64,000 bases of DNA from Protoeuglena noctilucae (taxonomy: Eukaryota), in assembly GCA_958009085.1 (NCBI GenBank), contig OY253670.1, positions 434,001 to 498,000 on the forward strand, read 5' to 3'. This document shows, piece by piece, positions 1 through 12,730 of this stretch. The notes under the pieces are model-generated. The model was not told the origin of the DNA and ran no database searches. It worked only from the letters and a program-made list of their open reading frames with translations. Numbering within the stretch: position 1 is the first letter of the stretch; every line of letters starts with the position of its first letter. The position numbers were made by a program, and so were the translations under genes.

Positions 1-2
1 GA

Positions 3-275
3 GCTGGCGATGCTGAGCACGCCTCCACAGAGACCGTGTCCGAAGGCGACGGCGACGCTGTCGATGGTGTGCAGTCACTGCACGCGTCTCTTCGCCGGAT
101 GGCATCGCAGTCGCATCGCACGATGGCCTCGCTCGGGAGCGGCTGTCTGTCGATGGGTCTGTCGGGCGTCGCGGGCTTCGTACGCACAGCCGCCCCGGGA
201 GGCGCCTCAGCGGCTGCAAGTTCCAGCGCCACGCACCCTGCGATGGACGTAAACGTCGATGGAGATGCTGGGTAG
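3..275 (+). CDS. 3' end of an unknown protein-coding gene (runs off the window start)
   Basis: Frame is open from base 3 to TAG at 273-275 (...LHASLRRMASQSHRTMASLGSG...DVNVDGDAG*). No recognisable domain. Confidence 0.35.
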   Translation, partial: AGDAEHASTETVSEGDGDAVDGVQSLHASLRRMASQSHRTMASLGSGCLSMGLSGVAGFVRTAAPGGASAAASSSATHPAMDVNVDGDAG

Positions 276-1143
276 GTCAATGCAGCCGCCGCTGCGGCTT
301 GCCCGGGACGGGCTCGACACACGCAACCACAAAGTGAACCGGGAGGCGCGAAACGCACCTGGAGTCGCGACGCGGTCGGCTTCTGCAGGGGCGCTTCGCT
401 TAGCATATTCTCTGCACATTGCAAAGGTAGCGAACCCTGCACGTGGTCGGAGAACGCGGAATTTGGGTCTCCATGCGTGTGGCGCAGACGGCGGGCGCCG
501 CGAGCGCCGCCACGTCCCCGGCAGCCCTCCGCGGGGTTTGAGAGCGAGCAAGACGAGCTAAATATGTTGGCAACCAAATCTTGGGCGCAGCCGACGGGAT
601 TTTCGAATGGCATGGGCCCTAGTCCATGACAGCTGCCACGGCCGCTCCTCGGCCCAGCGTGCCGCCAGCATGCCGCGGACGAGGCAACCGCTCGGTGACG
701 AGTCCATCATCGCAGCAGGAGCTTGGAACGGCTCACCAGTGACGACCCCAGCCATGACCGCCATGGGCAAGAGCGTGCCAGCGCCCAGAGACCACCCGGC
801 CCCCGTTGGCCCCACCATATTCACGACTCTTAGATGCGATGTGAGCTGAGGCAGGATGACCAGGGAGACGGCTGCGCGAGACACACCAAAAGGCGCAACG
901 TGGCAACGTGCCAAGGGCGCTGGCAGGCAGTGTGCAACGTAGGCGAGTTGCCAGGGCTATGACGTCCCGCGCGCGATGAATGAGTATTGCATGGATGGCT
1001 CCACGAGTGCATGCGCGAGCCAGATAGCTTTTCGCCAGTGGAACATGCCAGACGATGCCTGCGCTCACAAAGCGCCCACATCCCGCCACGAAGTCAATCA
1101 GTCGCACCTCTTTCTCGCGCTCACGTCGACTTCCTGGTCTGCG

Positions 1144-2226
1144 ATGGCGCGCGTCTTGCAGCAGCAGGCGGCGGGGCTGCAGCGGGATTTCGGAGCGGTG
1201 CTGCACTCGCTCTCGCAGCTCACGTCGGCCGTTCACGAGCTGGGAAGACGCTCTGATGCCATCTCTCTCGGCGTTCAAGCGTGCGTGCGCGAAATGTGCG
1301 GCTTTTCGCTCATGTCTTTGGCACTGCGGTTGCTCGCAACGAGGAAGTTCTCCGCTCCGCTGATGCGCAGGTTTGATTTGCCAGACACCCAAGAGCGCGG
1401 CGTTCAAGCGTCGCTCGAGGCAGGCCCCTCCGCTGGACTCCCCACGCGCATAACTGTCGGCGCGCCGTTCCGCTTCCAAAAGTCGGACCGCCGGGTCAAC
1501 TGGGCGCGGCTGCGCTCTCTGGACCTCGCGGAGATCCATCGCGAGACGGACGTGCAGGGGCTGATGAGCGCCTTGGAAGGCAAGGGGTCGAACACACTTC
1601 GACACTCGCAATTTCCCTTCTGAGCGTCGAGGCGCGTCCGGGCCCGTGCCGACGATCTTTAGCCCCCGAAAGCTGCCGCAGATTTCGCGTACGGGGACCT
1701 GGAGCGCGAGAGCACGTTCAACCTGACGGAGGCGTCCCTCTTGCGCCTGTGCCGGGCGCAGCAGATGGCAATTCAGTACCTGTTGCACGAGAGGCAGCAA
1801 GCGACGGCGGAGGCGCTTCAGATCAGCGACGGGCACGCGCGCATGGAGGCGTATTTGGACCGGCTGGATGCGGCGGGGCAGGCGGTGCATCTCGACAAGC
1901 TGTCGCAGCAAGTGTCAGCGATGGAGGACGCCCTGCGGCATTTGAGCGACGGCGATATGCAGGCGCTGGCCGGGGAGTTGGCGGCGGTGGGCGCTGCGGG
2001 GCCCTTGCCGAGCCGGGGGGTTGTGGGGGCGAGCGGGGCGGGCAGGGGCGACGGCAGGAGGGGCTATGGTGGCGCAGGCCGTGAGGAGCGGGTTGCGGGG
2101 ACGAGGCACGCGATGGAGGAAGAGGTGGAGGTGGGGGAGTTTGGCAGCGATGCGGGGTGGGACGGCGAAGATCCACACCCGGTGCTGCAGCGGGCCGGGG
2201 CGAGCACAGAGGGCAGCCGGATGTGA
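1144..2226 (+). CDS. DZIP1/Iguana N-terminal (Dzip-like_N) domain protein, about 3 exons
   Basis: Spliced reading gives FRFQKSDRRVNWARLRSLDLAEIHRETDVQGLMSALE|DFAYGDLERESTFNLTEASLLRLCRAQQMAIQYLLHERQQ, matching the DZIP1 N-domain pattern (F.F..R..+.W..+..+D+..+.R..D+..L ... L.R..Q+.++YLL). A GC-AG intron at 1580-1681 restores the frame. The start codon is uncertain. Confidence 0.75.
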
Positions 2227-2528
2227 GCGATGCTGCTCACGGCTTATGATCGGAAAGCTATATGAATGTAAGTTGGATCGACTGGATGCGATTGAATGGA
2301 GCTAGATGTGCGCGGTAGTTGCAACTGCTAGTCTCACGACGCTTAAGGACTAATGGCAAATCGATAGCGGTACTAAAGAGGCTCTTCGGTGGCGCAAAAC
2401 ATAGCGTCACGAGTGGCACAGAACTGACCACCCTCCCACAGCTGCCACCAGCGCCAATGCTTAGCTGCCACCCTCACGAAGCAGCCACGCTCACACATAA
2501 CCGCCGCCCTGACACACAGCTGCCGGTC

Positions 2529-5500
2529 TTAGGCAGCCACGAGTCTCCGGACGGCGTCTGCCGTGGCGGGCCTGGCCCTGGCGCTGTCCGTGTAGTGCCG
2601 GTGCTCCATGCGGCTGCGTACCCATGTCCCCTGCACGCGACGCTCATGCAAATAGGCCTCCTCCCGCTCCCTCTGCGCCAATGCCAGGTCCCTGCGGGCA
2701 CGGGCCGACGCCGGTGTGAAAGAGGTCAGGATTAGGGCTGCCATTACAGCCCATTGGAGCAATTCTTGACCACTGCTGCACTATGTAGGGCTAGCAAGCT
2801 GGGCAATGCGGAACACGCAGTGAATCATCGGGCGTGACTTGTGGTCTCGTGAGCATGTGCCAGCCAGCTCAACAACACGCATCCATCACACCCCGCCATG
2901 ACCACCGCCACCCCTCACCGCTTGGCCTCCGCCGCGTGCTCCCCGCTCTCCGCAAGCGCCTCGTCCACGCGACCCCGCAAGGCGTCCAGCAGCGCGGAGA
3001 GGACCTCCCGGGCGCGATGACGCTGCTCCTCGTCCGCAGCCGCGCGCTGCTGGATGCGGCGCCGCGTCTCCAGGCGATCCCTGATCAGCAACTGCGGCGG
3101 AAGGAGAATGCTAAGTTAGCGAGCGGCACTAGGGTCTCCCCCGGAGAGCCCCAAAAAGCTCTCAGGTCGCCCCAAGCAGCATGCAATGTGCGAACACGCG
3201 TCCCGGGGTCGCAGCCCTTTCGCTGCGTCAGCTCCAGCAGCGGCCCCTCGCCTCCTTCGCCCCGGCCAGCGCCTCCACGAACATCTCCCGCATGCCCTGC
3301 GCCTCCTCCCCCGCCAGCCTCTGCCTGAGGCTCAGCACCCGCCTCGCCCCCTCGTCCTGCTCCCTCGCCCTCCGCGCCCTCTCCGCCTGGGCAACGTGGC
3401 GCGCCCGCTGCAGCGCCAGCACCTGCTTGCGCGCGTCCATGAGCCTGCGGCACGCAGGGGCAGCCGCGGGCGTCATGGACACGCGTGACATGGGGCGCGA
3501 TGTGTGCGACACCATGTGAGGGAGTTTGCTACGAAAGGGGTCGGCTCCACGCCTCTTGGAAGCTTGCTAAGTGTGTTGCGCAGATATGAGATGTCGTTAT
3601 GCAAGCGAACAAGTCAAATTCCACTCTCACGGACCACACAACCCTCTTGGCTCACCGAACGCGTCGCTCCCGCGCCCCCATGACCCTCTCCCAGTGGCGC
3701 TTGAGCGTCCCCACCCCCCGCAGCTCCCGCTCCGCCGCCGCCGCCTCCCTCCGGTGCCTCGCGAGGTCGTCTCCACGCGCACGCATCCGCTCCAGCCCCA
3801 CCACCCGCGCCGCCAGCGACGGCGGCAGGCTCAGGCCCAGCGACGACGACAGCCGCACCAGGCCGCCCACCTAGAAGCGAGGGCCGGGCGGGGCTCAACA
3901 GCGGCAGGCAATTTTGAACGAGCCGAGGGCCCAGGCGACTCGGGGTATGGTGCCTGCCACCCTGTGAGGTGTGGTCACCTCATACAAGCGCCAGCCACAC
4001 AGCCATCACAGCCAAACAAAAACATTATTCATGAATCTCATTCATTCCATAAACCCCCAATGCTTACCAGCCACGCGTCCTCCTCCGCCCCGACGGACCG
4101 TGCCGCCGCTGCAGCCGTCGCGTCGGCCTCAGTGCGAGGCTCCCGGTCCGCGGCCCGCTTGGCCGACCGTCCCCGCCGCCGCGCTGCCCGGGCGTCGAGG
4201 GGCGGCGTGCCCGGGGCTCGCTGGGGCGGGCCACCCCATGAGGGCGGCTCGGGGTCAAAGGCCCGGGACGGCGCAAGGTGCAGGGCCTGGGCCGCGCGGC
4301 GCATAGCCTTGGAGTCTGCGAAGGGAGAACGAGGGTGCGCCGGTGCGATGGTGGGGTTATAAGGGAAGTGATGACGTCGCGCGAGGGCCGTGCGGGGCCA
4401 CAGGGGCAGCGATGACGTCGCATGCAGAGTGCCCCAGGCCCTCACCGTTGTGGTAGTGCGCGTGGCCGATGCCGGCGCCCACGGCGGCCTCGTAGCGGCG
4501 CTTGACCTCGGCCAGCAGCCGCAGCGCCTCCCCGCGCCGCGCCCACTCCTCCCGCGTGCGCAGACGCCGCCCGGCGATCCGCAGTCCCGGTGTCGATTTC
4601 AGACCCTCGGCGCCCTCCCCGGACCCGTCGCCCTCCGCACCGCCGCTGCCACTGCTGGCCCAGGACTCCTCCCCAGGGGACGCGTCCCGCCGGGTTCCAC
4701 CGCCACTGACCCGCGCTCGGTCGCCCCGCCTCCCCGGCGACGCCCCTTGCCCCGGGCTGTACCCCCCCGCACGGTACAGCCCCGCCGGCGCGACCCACGG
4801 CGCCCGGCTGAGCGCCGGGACCCACCGCTGCGTCCTGGCCGGCTTGACCGGCGACGACGACGCTCCCTTCCGCTCCTTCCCTCGGGCCGCGGGGCCCGGG
4901 GGAGCGGGTGCCGCTGCGACCGTCGCCCCGGCCCCTGGCGATGCCTCATCTGCGCCGGCCCTCCCAGGGGCCTTCACCTGCCCGCTCACGCTCGGACTGG
5001 CAGAGACCGGCGAGTCTCCTTCCGTGGTGGATGAGTCGCTGTCCTGGCGCAACGAGGCGCCCTCCGCCGACGGCCCGGACATCCCAGGCACCCCCCCAGT
5101 GTCCGAGGAAGCCCGGGCAGAGTCGCTCTCGGCGGCAGCGGCGGAGCGGGGCAGCGTGGAGCGCCCGCGCCACCGCTCAGGACCCTCAGGGCCCGCGGAG
5201 ACGTCCCCGGCATAGCTGTCCGACGGCACGTCGATGTCCGCCGCCCGCCACTCCCTCGGATCCACGCCCCGCCGGTCCACTGGCTGCGGCGCGCGGTCCG
5301 TGGATCCCCGGCGGTGGGGGGCACGCGGCCGCTCGGCCCCCTGCCCACGGTCTCCGTCGCTGGCGGCCGGGGTTGCACGGTCCGACACCGCACCCGCGCC
5401 CGCAGCGCCGCCTGGGTGGGTCCCCAAAGCTCCCGGGCCCGCCAGCGCCAGGCTCAGCTCGCGTGGCAGCGCGAAGGCGTCCTTGCGCGACCCGCTGGAG

Positions 5501-7364
5501 CGCGACTGGGACGTGGGGCCGCCATTGGAGCTGCGGGTGTCCCAAGGAGACGACTCGGAGTGGGGCTCTCCCTGTCGCGAATGCTCCCACGCTTCGGGCA
5601 CCGTGGGGGGATCGAACGAGGGTGTGCTTCTGGGTGGCTCTTGGAACTCATTGCGGTCCATGTCGCTCTCTGTCGACACTTCGGACGCGGAGCTGTCGGA
5701 GGACAGCACCCGGCGGCCGACACCGCCCGTGGACTGCGGGAGGATTTGGCTTCCTTGCGCCGGCAGCTTTGCAGTGTTTGCGAAAGCCACCGGTCCTGCG
5801 CTGTTCGTGAGAAGCTGCCCAGCGCTGCCCGTCGACGCCTGCCCTGCGCTGGTGGTGAAGGCCGGCCAGGCGGGGGCGTCTGAGGGCTCGCCAACGTCCC
5901 CCTCTCCCGCGACGCGACCTCCGGCGGCGCTGCTCGCCCCAGCACCGGGACCCTCGGCGCTCGTGGCAGCGCAACTCCTGTCATTGCGACGCCAGCCGCG
6001 CGCGCCCCCTGGCCCCCTCGCGAGGTCGTCCTCCCGCAAACGCCGTGTCTCGGAGTCCTGAGACTCCGGGCCGCCCTCGCTCACGCTGCCGGACTTGCAC
6101 GCCGTCACCGGCGCTCGCCCCTCGGGTCCGACCAGGGCGTTCGAGGCCCAGGCATCCTCCGTGGAGCGCCAGCGCAGTCCACGAGTCCCGTCGCCGGACG
6201 CCGCCGCTTCCGCGCTGGTAGCTCCGAGGCGCGGCTGCTGGCCCGAGAGGTCCAGGGCCGGCTCGCCCGTGGCCCCGCTCCGCCAGCCGTGAGGCGTGGA
6301 CTGCAGCCGTGGGGACTCTCCCCGCGAGGGGGATGACGAGGCGGGGTGCACGCGGTGCCGGGGTGGGGTCGGCGGCGACCTGCGGGTCGGGCGAAGCGGA
6401 GGGAGGTGTGGATGCATGCCTTCTGGATGAGCGCAGAGGGTGACGCGGGTGGTGGCGTGCTGCGACTGGCGAGGGGTGCAGGTGCAGGGGCGGGAGAGGA
6501 GCGAGCACCGCAAAGCACCTTTCCATATCTTGCTGGGAGGCGCGTGTGACGTGGTGGGTCCTCGGGGGCGAATCGGGGATGTGCGAGTCGTGCAGCGGGG
6601 ATGACGGGGAGGGCTGGGGCCACAGGCGAGGGCCCAGCTCTTGGGACTGGGACAGAGACAGGTTGGAGGCGTCGGGAGTGATTTGCGGAGACGCTCTGCG
6701 GGCAGGCAGGGTGGTCGGAGTGGAGTTGAGGCAGGCGTGAGGCATGCTTGGGACTGTGGGCTTAGCTGCAGCTCTGCTCCGCGCTCCGGGCACCTGCGGC
6801 TCCTCCGGCTGTATGCGCTGTGAATGATGCTGACGAGCATGTGGATGTCGCGGATGGAGCCGCGCTCGACGATCTCTTCAGGCGAAATGTGCGACAGGGG
6901 AGTCCCGATGAGCCCACCGAGCTGCGGATGCAATCGAGAGGCGGCTGTGATGGTGGCAAAAGAAATTCAAGATGGCCAGGCGGTCGACGTCCCGCGCGGC
7001 TCGCCTGGTCGAGCACGGCTTGGATGTTTTGCTGGATGTCCAAGCAGCTCCGCGTCTCACGCACCGCCTGGGGCACCGGGACGCCCAGGACCGCTTCGCA
7101 CAGCGCGACAAAGAGAGACGTCCTGCGATGAAAGGATAGAAACCCGCGCTGAGGCGCCGAGGCGTCTGTGCGCGGCTCCCTCCGTTTGTCTGCGCGGTTT
7201 GAAATTACAAGCCGCCGTCCAGCGCGCGCAAGTGCGGGGAGCTTTCCACGAGTGGATGGGCACCTGGAGCACGCGTGCTGCACGTCTTCCGTGCTGCGGA
7301 GGTGCGCGGAGATGCCCATGGCGCGCAAGAGCGCGTTGACCAAGCCGACCACCTCCTCGTCCAT
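2529..7364 (-). CDS. CEP95: CEP95-like centrosomal protein, multi-exon
   Basis: N-terminal exons (SLFVALCEAVLGVPVPQAVRETRSCLDIQQNIQAVLDQ|LGGLIGTPLSHISPEEIV...IHMLVSII) resemble the CEP95 N-domain. A long low-complexity middle exon spans ~4445-6350. C-terminal coiled-coil exons (EEAQGMREMFVEALAGAKE|LLIRDRLETRRRIQ...ARRDLALAQREREE) resemble the CEP95 tail. Confidence 0.7.
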
Positions 7365-8276
7365 CGTGCGTGGCTTGGAGCGAGGTGCGTGTGCCGGGAC
7401 GCGGCTTTGACTCTAAGCTCCAGGAATCGCAGGACCGATGCCACGCAGGTCCACCAGCCCGTCGGCAAGGTACCCAGCCTGGGAAGGAGAGATAGCCACC
7501 GTGGCGAGCCCAGCCACGCCCGCGTAAATGAGGCACTTGAGATGAGCGAATCGCCCTTTCAGGAACCCCGATGCCGGAGCTGGGCGGGTGCCAGTGACAC
7601 GAAACACTCGCTGACAATTTTTGCACGCATGTGAGACAGGCGGCCTTAGTTGCACTCGTGAATGCACTGATTGGTTCTATAAGAACACATGGAAGGCAGT
7701 AGGGAGCTAGCTGAGGCATCGACGGGATTTTCTCGAGCGCAATACGCTCATTCCACAAAGCCATGCGGTAGAAGGACGCGGCGGTGACAATGGAGAGTTC
7801 GAGTCAAGGGGGCTCGTCGCACGACCGCAGGTGATAGCCTGAGCAGCACGGCCAATTGGTGTCCCGCAATCGTGTTGACCTTGTCGTGGAGAGCCTCCTG
7901 GGCGCAACCATCATACACATGTAATATCAAAGATAATGTGGGACCCACTTGAGAGCGCGGGGTCTGCGCTTGTGATGTTTAAGGACGATTTCCGACCTGG
8001 GCGCATGCATTCGGTTCCTCTACCTGGCTGTCGCGGCATATTTTTTGCCTATTTGCTAACGTGGCCCTTTTAGATAGCAAAGAGCCTTTTCCAGAGGTGA
8101 GCCGAAGTTCCAGCGTGCACAGGACACCGCTTGATCCGTAGTAATGTGACTTGAGCATGTTTTACGCCGCTCTTGCGTGACTCCTGCGGCTGCTTGGGAT
8201 GTGGTGTCCGGAGGGCGCCGTTCAGGAGCGTCAGAAGTGCGTCAGACCTGCCTGATGGGTTCGTCGCCGCTGCAGT

Positions 8277-11200
8277 AGCCTCGGCGACCATGACTCACGA
8301 GCAGGCTCCACCGTCGCGGGTTTCTCCGACGCGGGCGACACGGGCCCCGGCGCGTCCAAGCGGGGCCATGTCGTCGACTCCCTCTTTCTCTACACAAGCG
8401 CCGCCGGGCGCCTGGCCTTCGAGCGCTCGTGGAAGCTCCAGGCCGTTTTCCTCATGTACCAAGCCGTCTTCTTGGGCATCTACGCCGTGCATCCGGTGTG
8501 GGGCTACGCGTTCTCGTGGAACAATCCGATCGGCCGCTGGGCGCTGCGCATCCAGGGCCACGGATGGGCCACGGTGGCAGGAGACGTGAAGATTTTGGTG
8601 AGTGCAGCGCAGAGGGGAGCACTGGCCCCTCCCGCGGCAGCAACCGGGCTTCCATCGTCACCCTCTGTCCGTGTGCGCTCACCTCAGGAGGGCCTGGCGC
8701 TGTGCGCGCTTGCCCTGACGTTGATACACGCGGGACTCGCGGTGCACCTGTGGAGCGTGGTGCGGAGGGGCAAGAACCCGCATCGCGCGGAGCTGGCCAC
8801 CGTCCGCACTCTCGAAGTCCTGTACTACAAGCTCTTGGGGTGAGTCGCTGAGAGGGAGGTGCTTCTGCGAGCGTCCATCGTCACGTGGAGACCGCATACG
8901 TGCTGTGCAATGTAACACAGACGCGCCGCTCGTTCCTGTGCACCGCTGCTACCCCAGCGCAACTCACGCCGTGCCACGCCATGTTCCGACGCGCGTGCCG
9001 CTCCTTGCGCCCCCGCAGGCTCCCCGCTCTGGGCGTCCTCCTGGCCCCGCTGTCCTGCAACTGGTCGGGGCAGCTGGCGGGCAAAACCGGCTCCAACATA
9101 TTCCTCCACACCTCCCAGTGCGCGGGAACGCTGACAACCGTGGGCCTGGCCGGCCTGGCCGTGGCACTGTTGCTTCATGCACCCGTGTACGTGCTGCTGA
9201 GCGTCAAGGACTGTGAGCTGGATCCCGCCACGCCCGTGCCCTTTGCGGGGGGTTCCATGGTGGCAGTGGCCAGGGTCGAGACGCTCAAGGTCGCATCCCT
9301 GGTGAGTGGCTGGAAGTGGTGGGGCAGTTTATGATGATTGCTGCCGTCTTGACGCGTTAGCTTTGTGTGAGACCACACACTTAGAGTCGCAATCTAAGGC
9401 CCGTGCATGTCTTTGCTGCTTTCACTTGGATGGATCGTGAACGCTGCTACCCTAGCATGCCGGCACCCCCCCCAGCGTCCCAACACCAACCCCGTCATTC
9501 ACTGCCACCCTCGCCGCAGTTCGTGCTCCACCTGTTGACCGGGGCCGTCCCCGTGCTGTCCGGCATCCTTCTCATCTTCCTGTGGACGTGGGTGACGTAC
9601 GCTCTTTCCCTTCGGGTGCCGTACTTCGGCCAAGGCCCCTCCATCGCACGCTCGGTGGTCGCCGGAGCCATCGCCGGCGCATTCGTGGCCTCGACCGCGC
9701 AACGGGGCGGGTGGACCCTCGCGTGGGCGCTCCTGGTGGCCCTGGCCCCCGCTTGCGGTGTCCTGGCGGCCGTCGCCACCCGCGCCCGCATCCGCGCCGC
9801 CAGCGCCGTCATCGCGAAGTTCGAGGAGATTCGGCGTAATCGCGAGCAGACCGACAAGCGTGTGCACCGTTTCTTTGACCAGGAAGACGCCGAGGTGGGA
9901 GGGCGGGGCGGCGCGGTGGATGCGAGAAGGTGGCAGTCTCACGCTGCCGCAAGGGGGCAGTCGGTCGGGCCCTCCTACTCCGCCCGCTCCAACTCCCTTC
10001 GTTCCTTACCCCCACAACACATTCCCAGCAACCCCTCAGCCCCCACCCCACCTCTCCCTCACCACAGTTGCTCATCCGCGTCCTTCGCCAGTCCCACTCC
10101 CAGCGCATTTTCTCTCGTGACCGAGTGGACGCGTGTGCCGCGGCTGTGAACCACGCAACCGCGCAGTTCTTTGATTCCGTCGAAGTCGTTCTGGCCAATG
10201 CCATCGCGCAGGCGTACGGGCAACAAGACGTCTACTCAGCGCAGTCCGCGGTGCAGAAGGCACGAGGCATGCGGACGTCGATGGTGAGCGAAGATGCGAG
10301 ACAGGCAATACTGGGTGGGTGTAGCAGGAGTGGGGCATGCGGACGTCATTGCTGAGTGAGCGTGTGAGACGGGCGATGCTGGGTGCTTGTTAGCCAGAGC
10401 GGGGCATGACTCAGCGGGCGTCGATGGTGAGCGGGCACGCACGCAAGAAAGGCGATAGTGGATGGACCATTCGCCCTTTCTATTCCTTATTATTTGTAAA
10501 ACTTGTTCTTGCATCGCAGGCGCTGCGTTTCGAGACTCTGACGCTCGAGCGTGACCTCCGCCAGCGCCAGAGTTCCACGAGCGGTGATAGCATGGACTGG
10601 GGGAGCTACGTGGAGCTGCAGCATCGGCTGAGGATGCTGCTGGTGGCGCACAAGTGAGGGGACGGTGTGTCTGCCCAGTGGGGCAAGTGGCACGGGGCAA
10701 GGCGTTTGCTGACATGTCTACGTGTCAAGTTGTGTGGCAGCGTTGTCTGTTCGAGGTGACAGTGACGGGTCAATTTGCACCTAGCTACAGTGCCGATGCA
10801 AGCGTGTCTCGACAGCATCTCCCGTCACGCGTCCCTGTCTCACGATCTCTTCGCAGGAAGGCTGTCGAGACGTCTCGGGAAGTGTGGCGTGCGTTCTTGA
10901 AGACCGACCCTGGCATTGACGACATCGCTGATGCGCTGCGTCGCATGACCAAGCACGGAGCCGCAGCCGATGCCTTCTATCGCACTATGGTGGCGCACCA
11001 CCCACACTACCCCAAGCTCCTGCAGGCAAGGGGGGTGGACATGGGGTTAGCAATAGGCAATACCGGTCACTTACCGCCGTCTTGGAGGGTCAGCCAGACC
11101 CCGCCCACCTGTCAGGGCTGCTGCTGACCCATGCGTGCCCATCCATCGCACTCTCTGCCGTCGCCATGTGCAGATGTACGGCAAATTCTTGGAGGACGTG

Positions 11201-12662
11201 CAGGACAACACGGGCCTGGCGATGCAGGTGTACCAGCAGGTGGAGAAGCTGGAAGACGCCGCTGAGGCGAGAGTGGAGGCGGCGGCGGGGACGGGGGCGG
11301 GGGGCGACAACGTCGACGGTATCCAAGCCGCAAACGCCCCGTCGCTGACCAACGTCGACGAGGCGAGGGATTCGGTGGTCGTGATCGATGCCGAGACCAA
11401 TCTGATATCTTTTACGAATGCCAACATGACCAAGCTGTTCGGGTACAAGCGCGGGGAGCTCGTGGGCCGCAACGTCAACACGCTCATGCCCCAGCCCTTC
11501 AGCCAGCACCACGACCGCTACCTGAAGACGTACGCCCTCACCGGCCAGCCGCACATCATGAACGGGGTGCGGGCGGTCGTGGCGTTGCACAAGGACGGGA
11601 CCGTCTTTCCCGTCACCCTCTGCGTCACCAAGATATCCCAGGTGACACTTGACTCGCGACAATTGGGAGGTTGTATAAAGCACAGATATGGAACGATGCT
11701 GCTTGCACCAGCCATGCTGGCAGTCATGCTGCCATAGTCAGCGCATCGATGTTGCCCACCCTCCCCACTCCCCCACACATGCTCCACCCCCCCACCACAC
11801 ATCACCAACCCTCCCCCACCATCCCAACACCCGCAGAATGGCCGCGATGGCTTCATGGGAGTCTTCCGTCTCCGCGAAGTGGACCCCGACGAACCCGTCT
11901 GCTACCTCTCCACCTCCTGCCAGGTCATCTACGCCAATCGCGCCTTCCACGCCCTCACCGGCTGGTCGCACCACGATCTGCAGGCCCAGCGCAGCATCGG
12001 GGTGCTATTCCCAGACCAAGACACCCTGCGAACTGCGATGGCGAATGCCGCACCGGAGGCGACCGAAGCGCACCGCACCGCCGCGCCCACCGCGCTGCCG
12101 GTGCAGTCCAAATACGGGGAGAACTTCCCCGCGTCGCTCGTGGCCACGTTTGTGGGCTACGGCGACTCTCGGCTGGTGCTGCTGCGGCTGGCGCGCGTGG
12201 GCGAGGAGCCGCTGCTGGTGGTGCTGGGGCCTGCGACGGAGATCGTGAGCTACAACGCGACCTTCAAGCGGCTGTGCAGCCAGACGACCAAGGCGCTCGC
12301 GGGGCTGCTGGTGACGGAGGTCTTTGCGCACCCGTGTTCCGCGATTTACGCGAGCCGGCTCGACAAGACCGGGGAGGACCCGGCGCAGCGTGCTGCGGTA
12401 GTCGACCAGCGCGTGGTGCGCATGCCGTCGAAAGAGGGAATCATCTACGTGCAGATCTTCCTGCTGAGCAAGCAGCTGGACGGCGATGGCCGGCCCACCT
12501 TCACGATGCGATTCCAGCACCTGAAGAACGGTGAGGAATGCAGTCGTGCAGACAAAGCGTAGTACACATAATGCACTAAGACGGCATGCCACGGAGCATA
12601 GCCCGTTCTTCATGTCCCCAACTCCCCTCGTCCAGGATCTGCGCCTCTAATACCACCGCTCT

Positions 12663-12730
<68 letters not shown>

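Noticed and set aside
4390..6061. Many long overlapping ORFs on both strands (also 733-1911, 12752-14164, 20402-21301, 50200-51336)
   Set aside because: Shadow or antisense ORFs expected in very GC-rich coding DNA; no recognisable motifs.
7660..7690. CCAAT/TATA-like motifs (CTGATTGGTTCTATAAG) between CEP95-like and TmcB-like genes
   Set aside because: Too short to call a promoter without TSS data.
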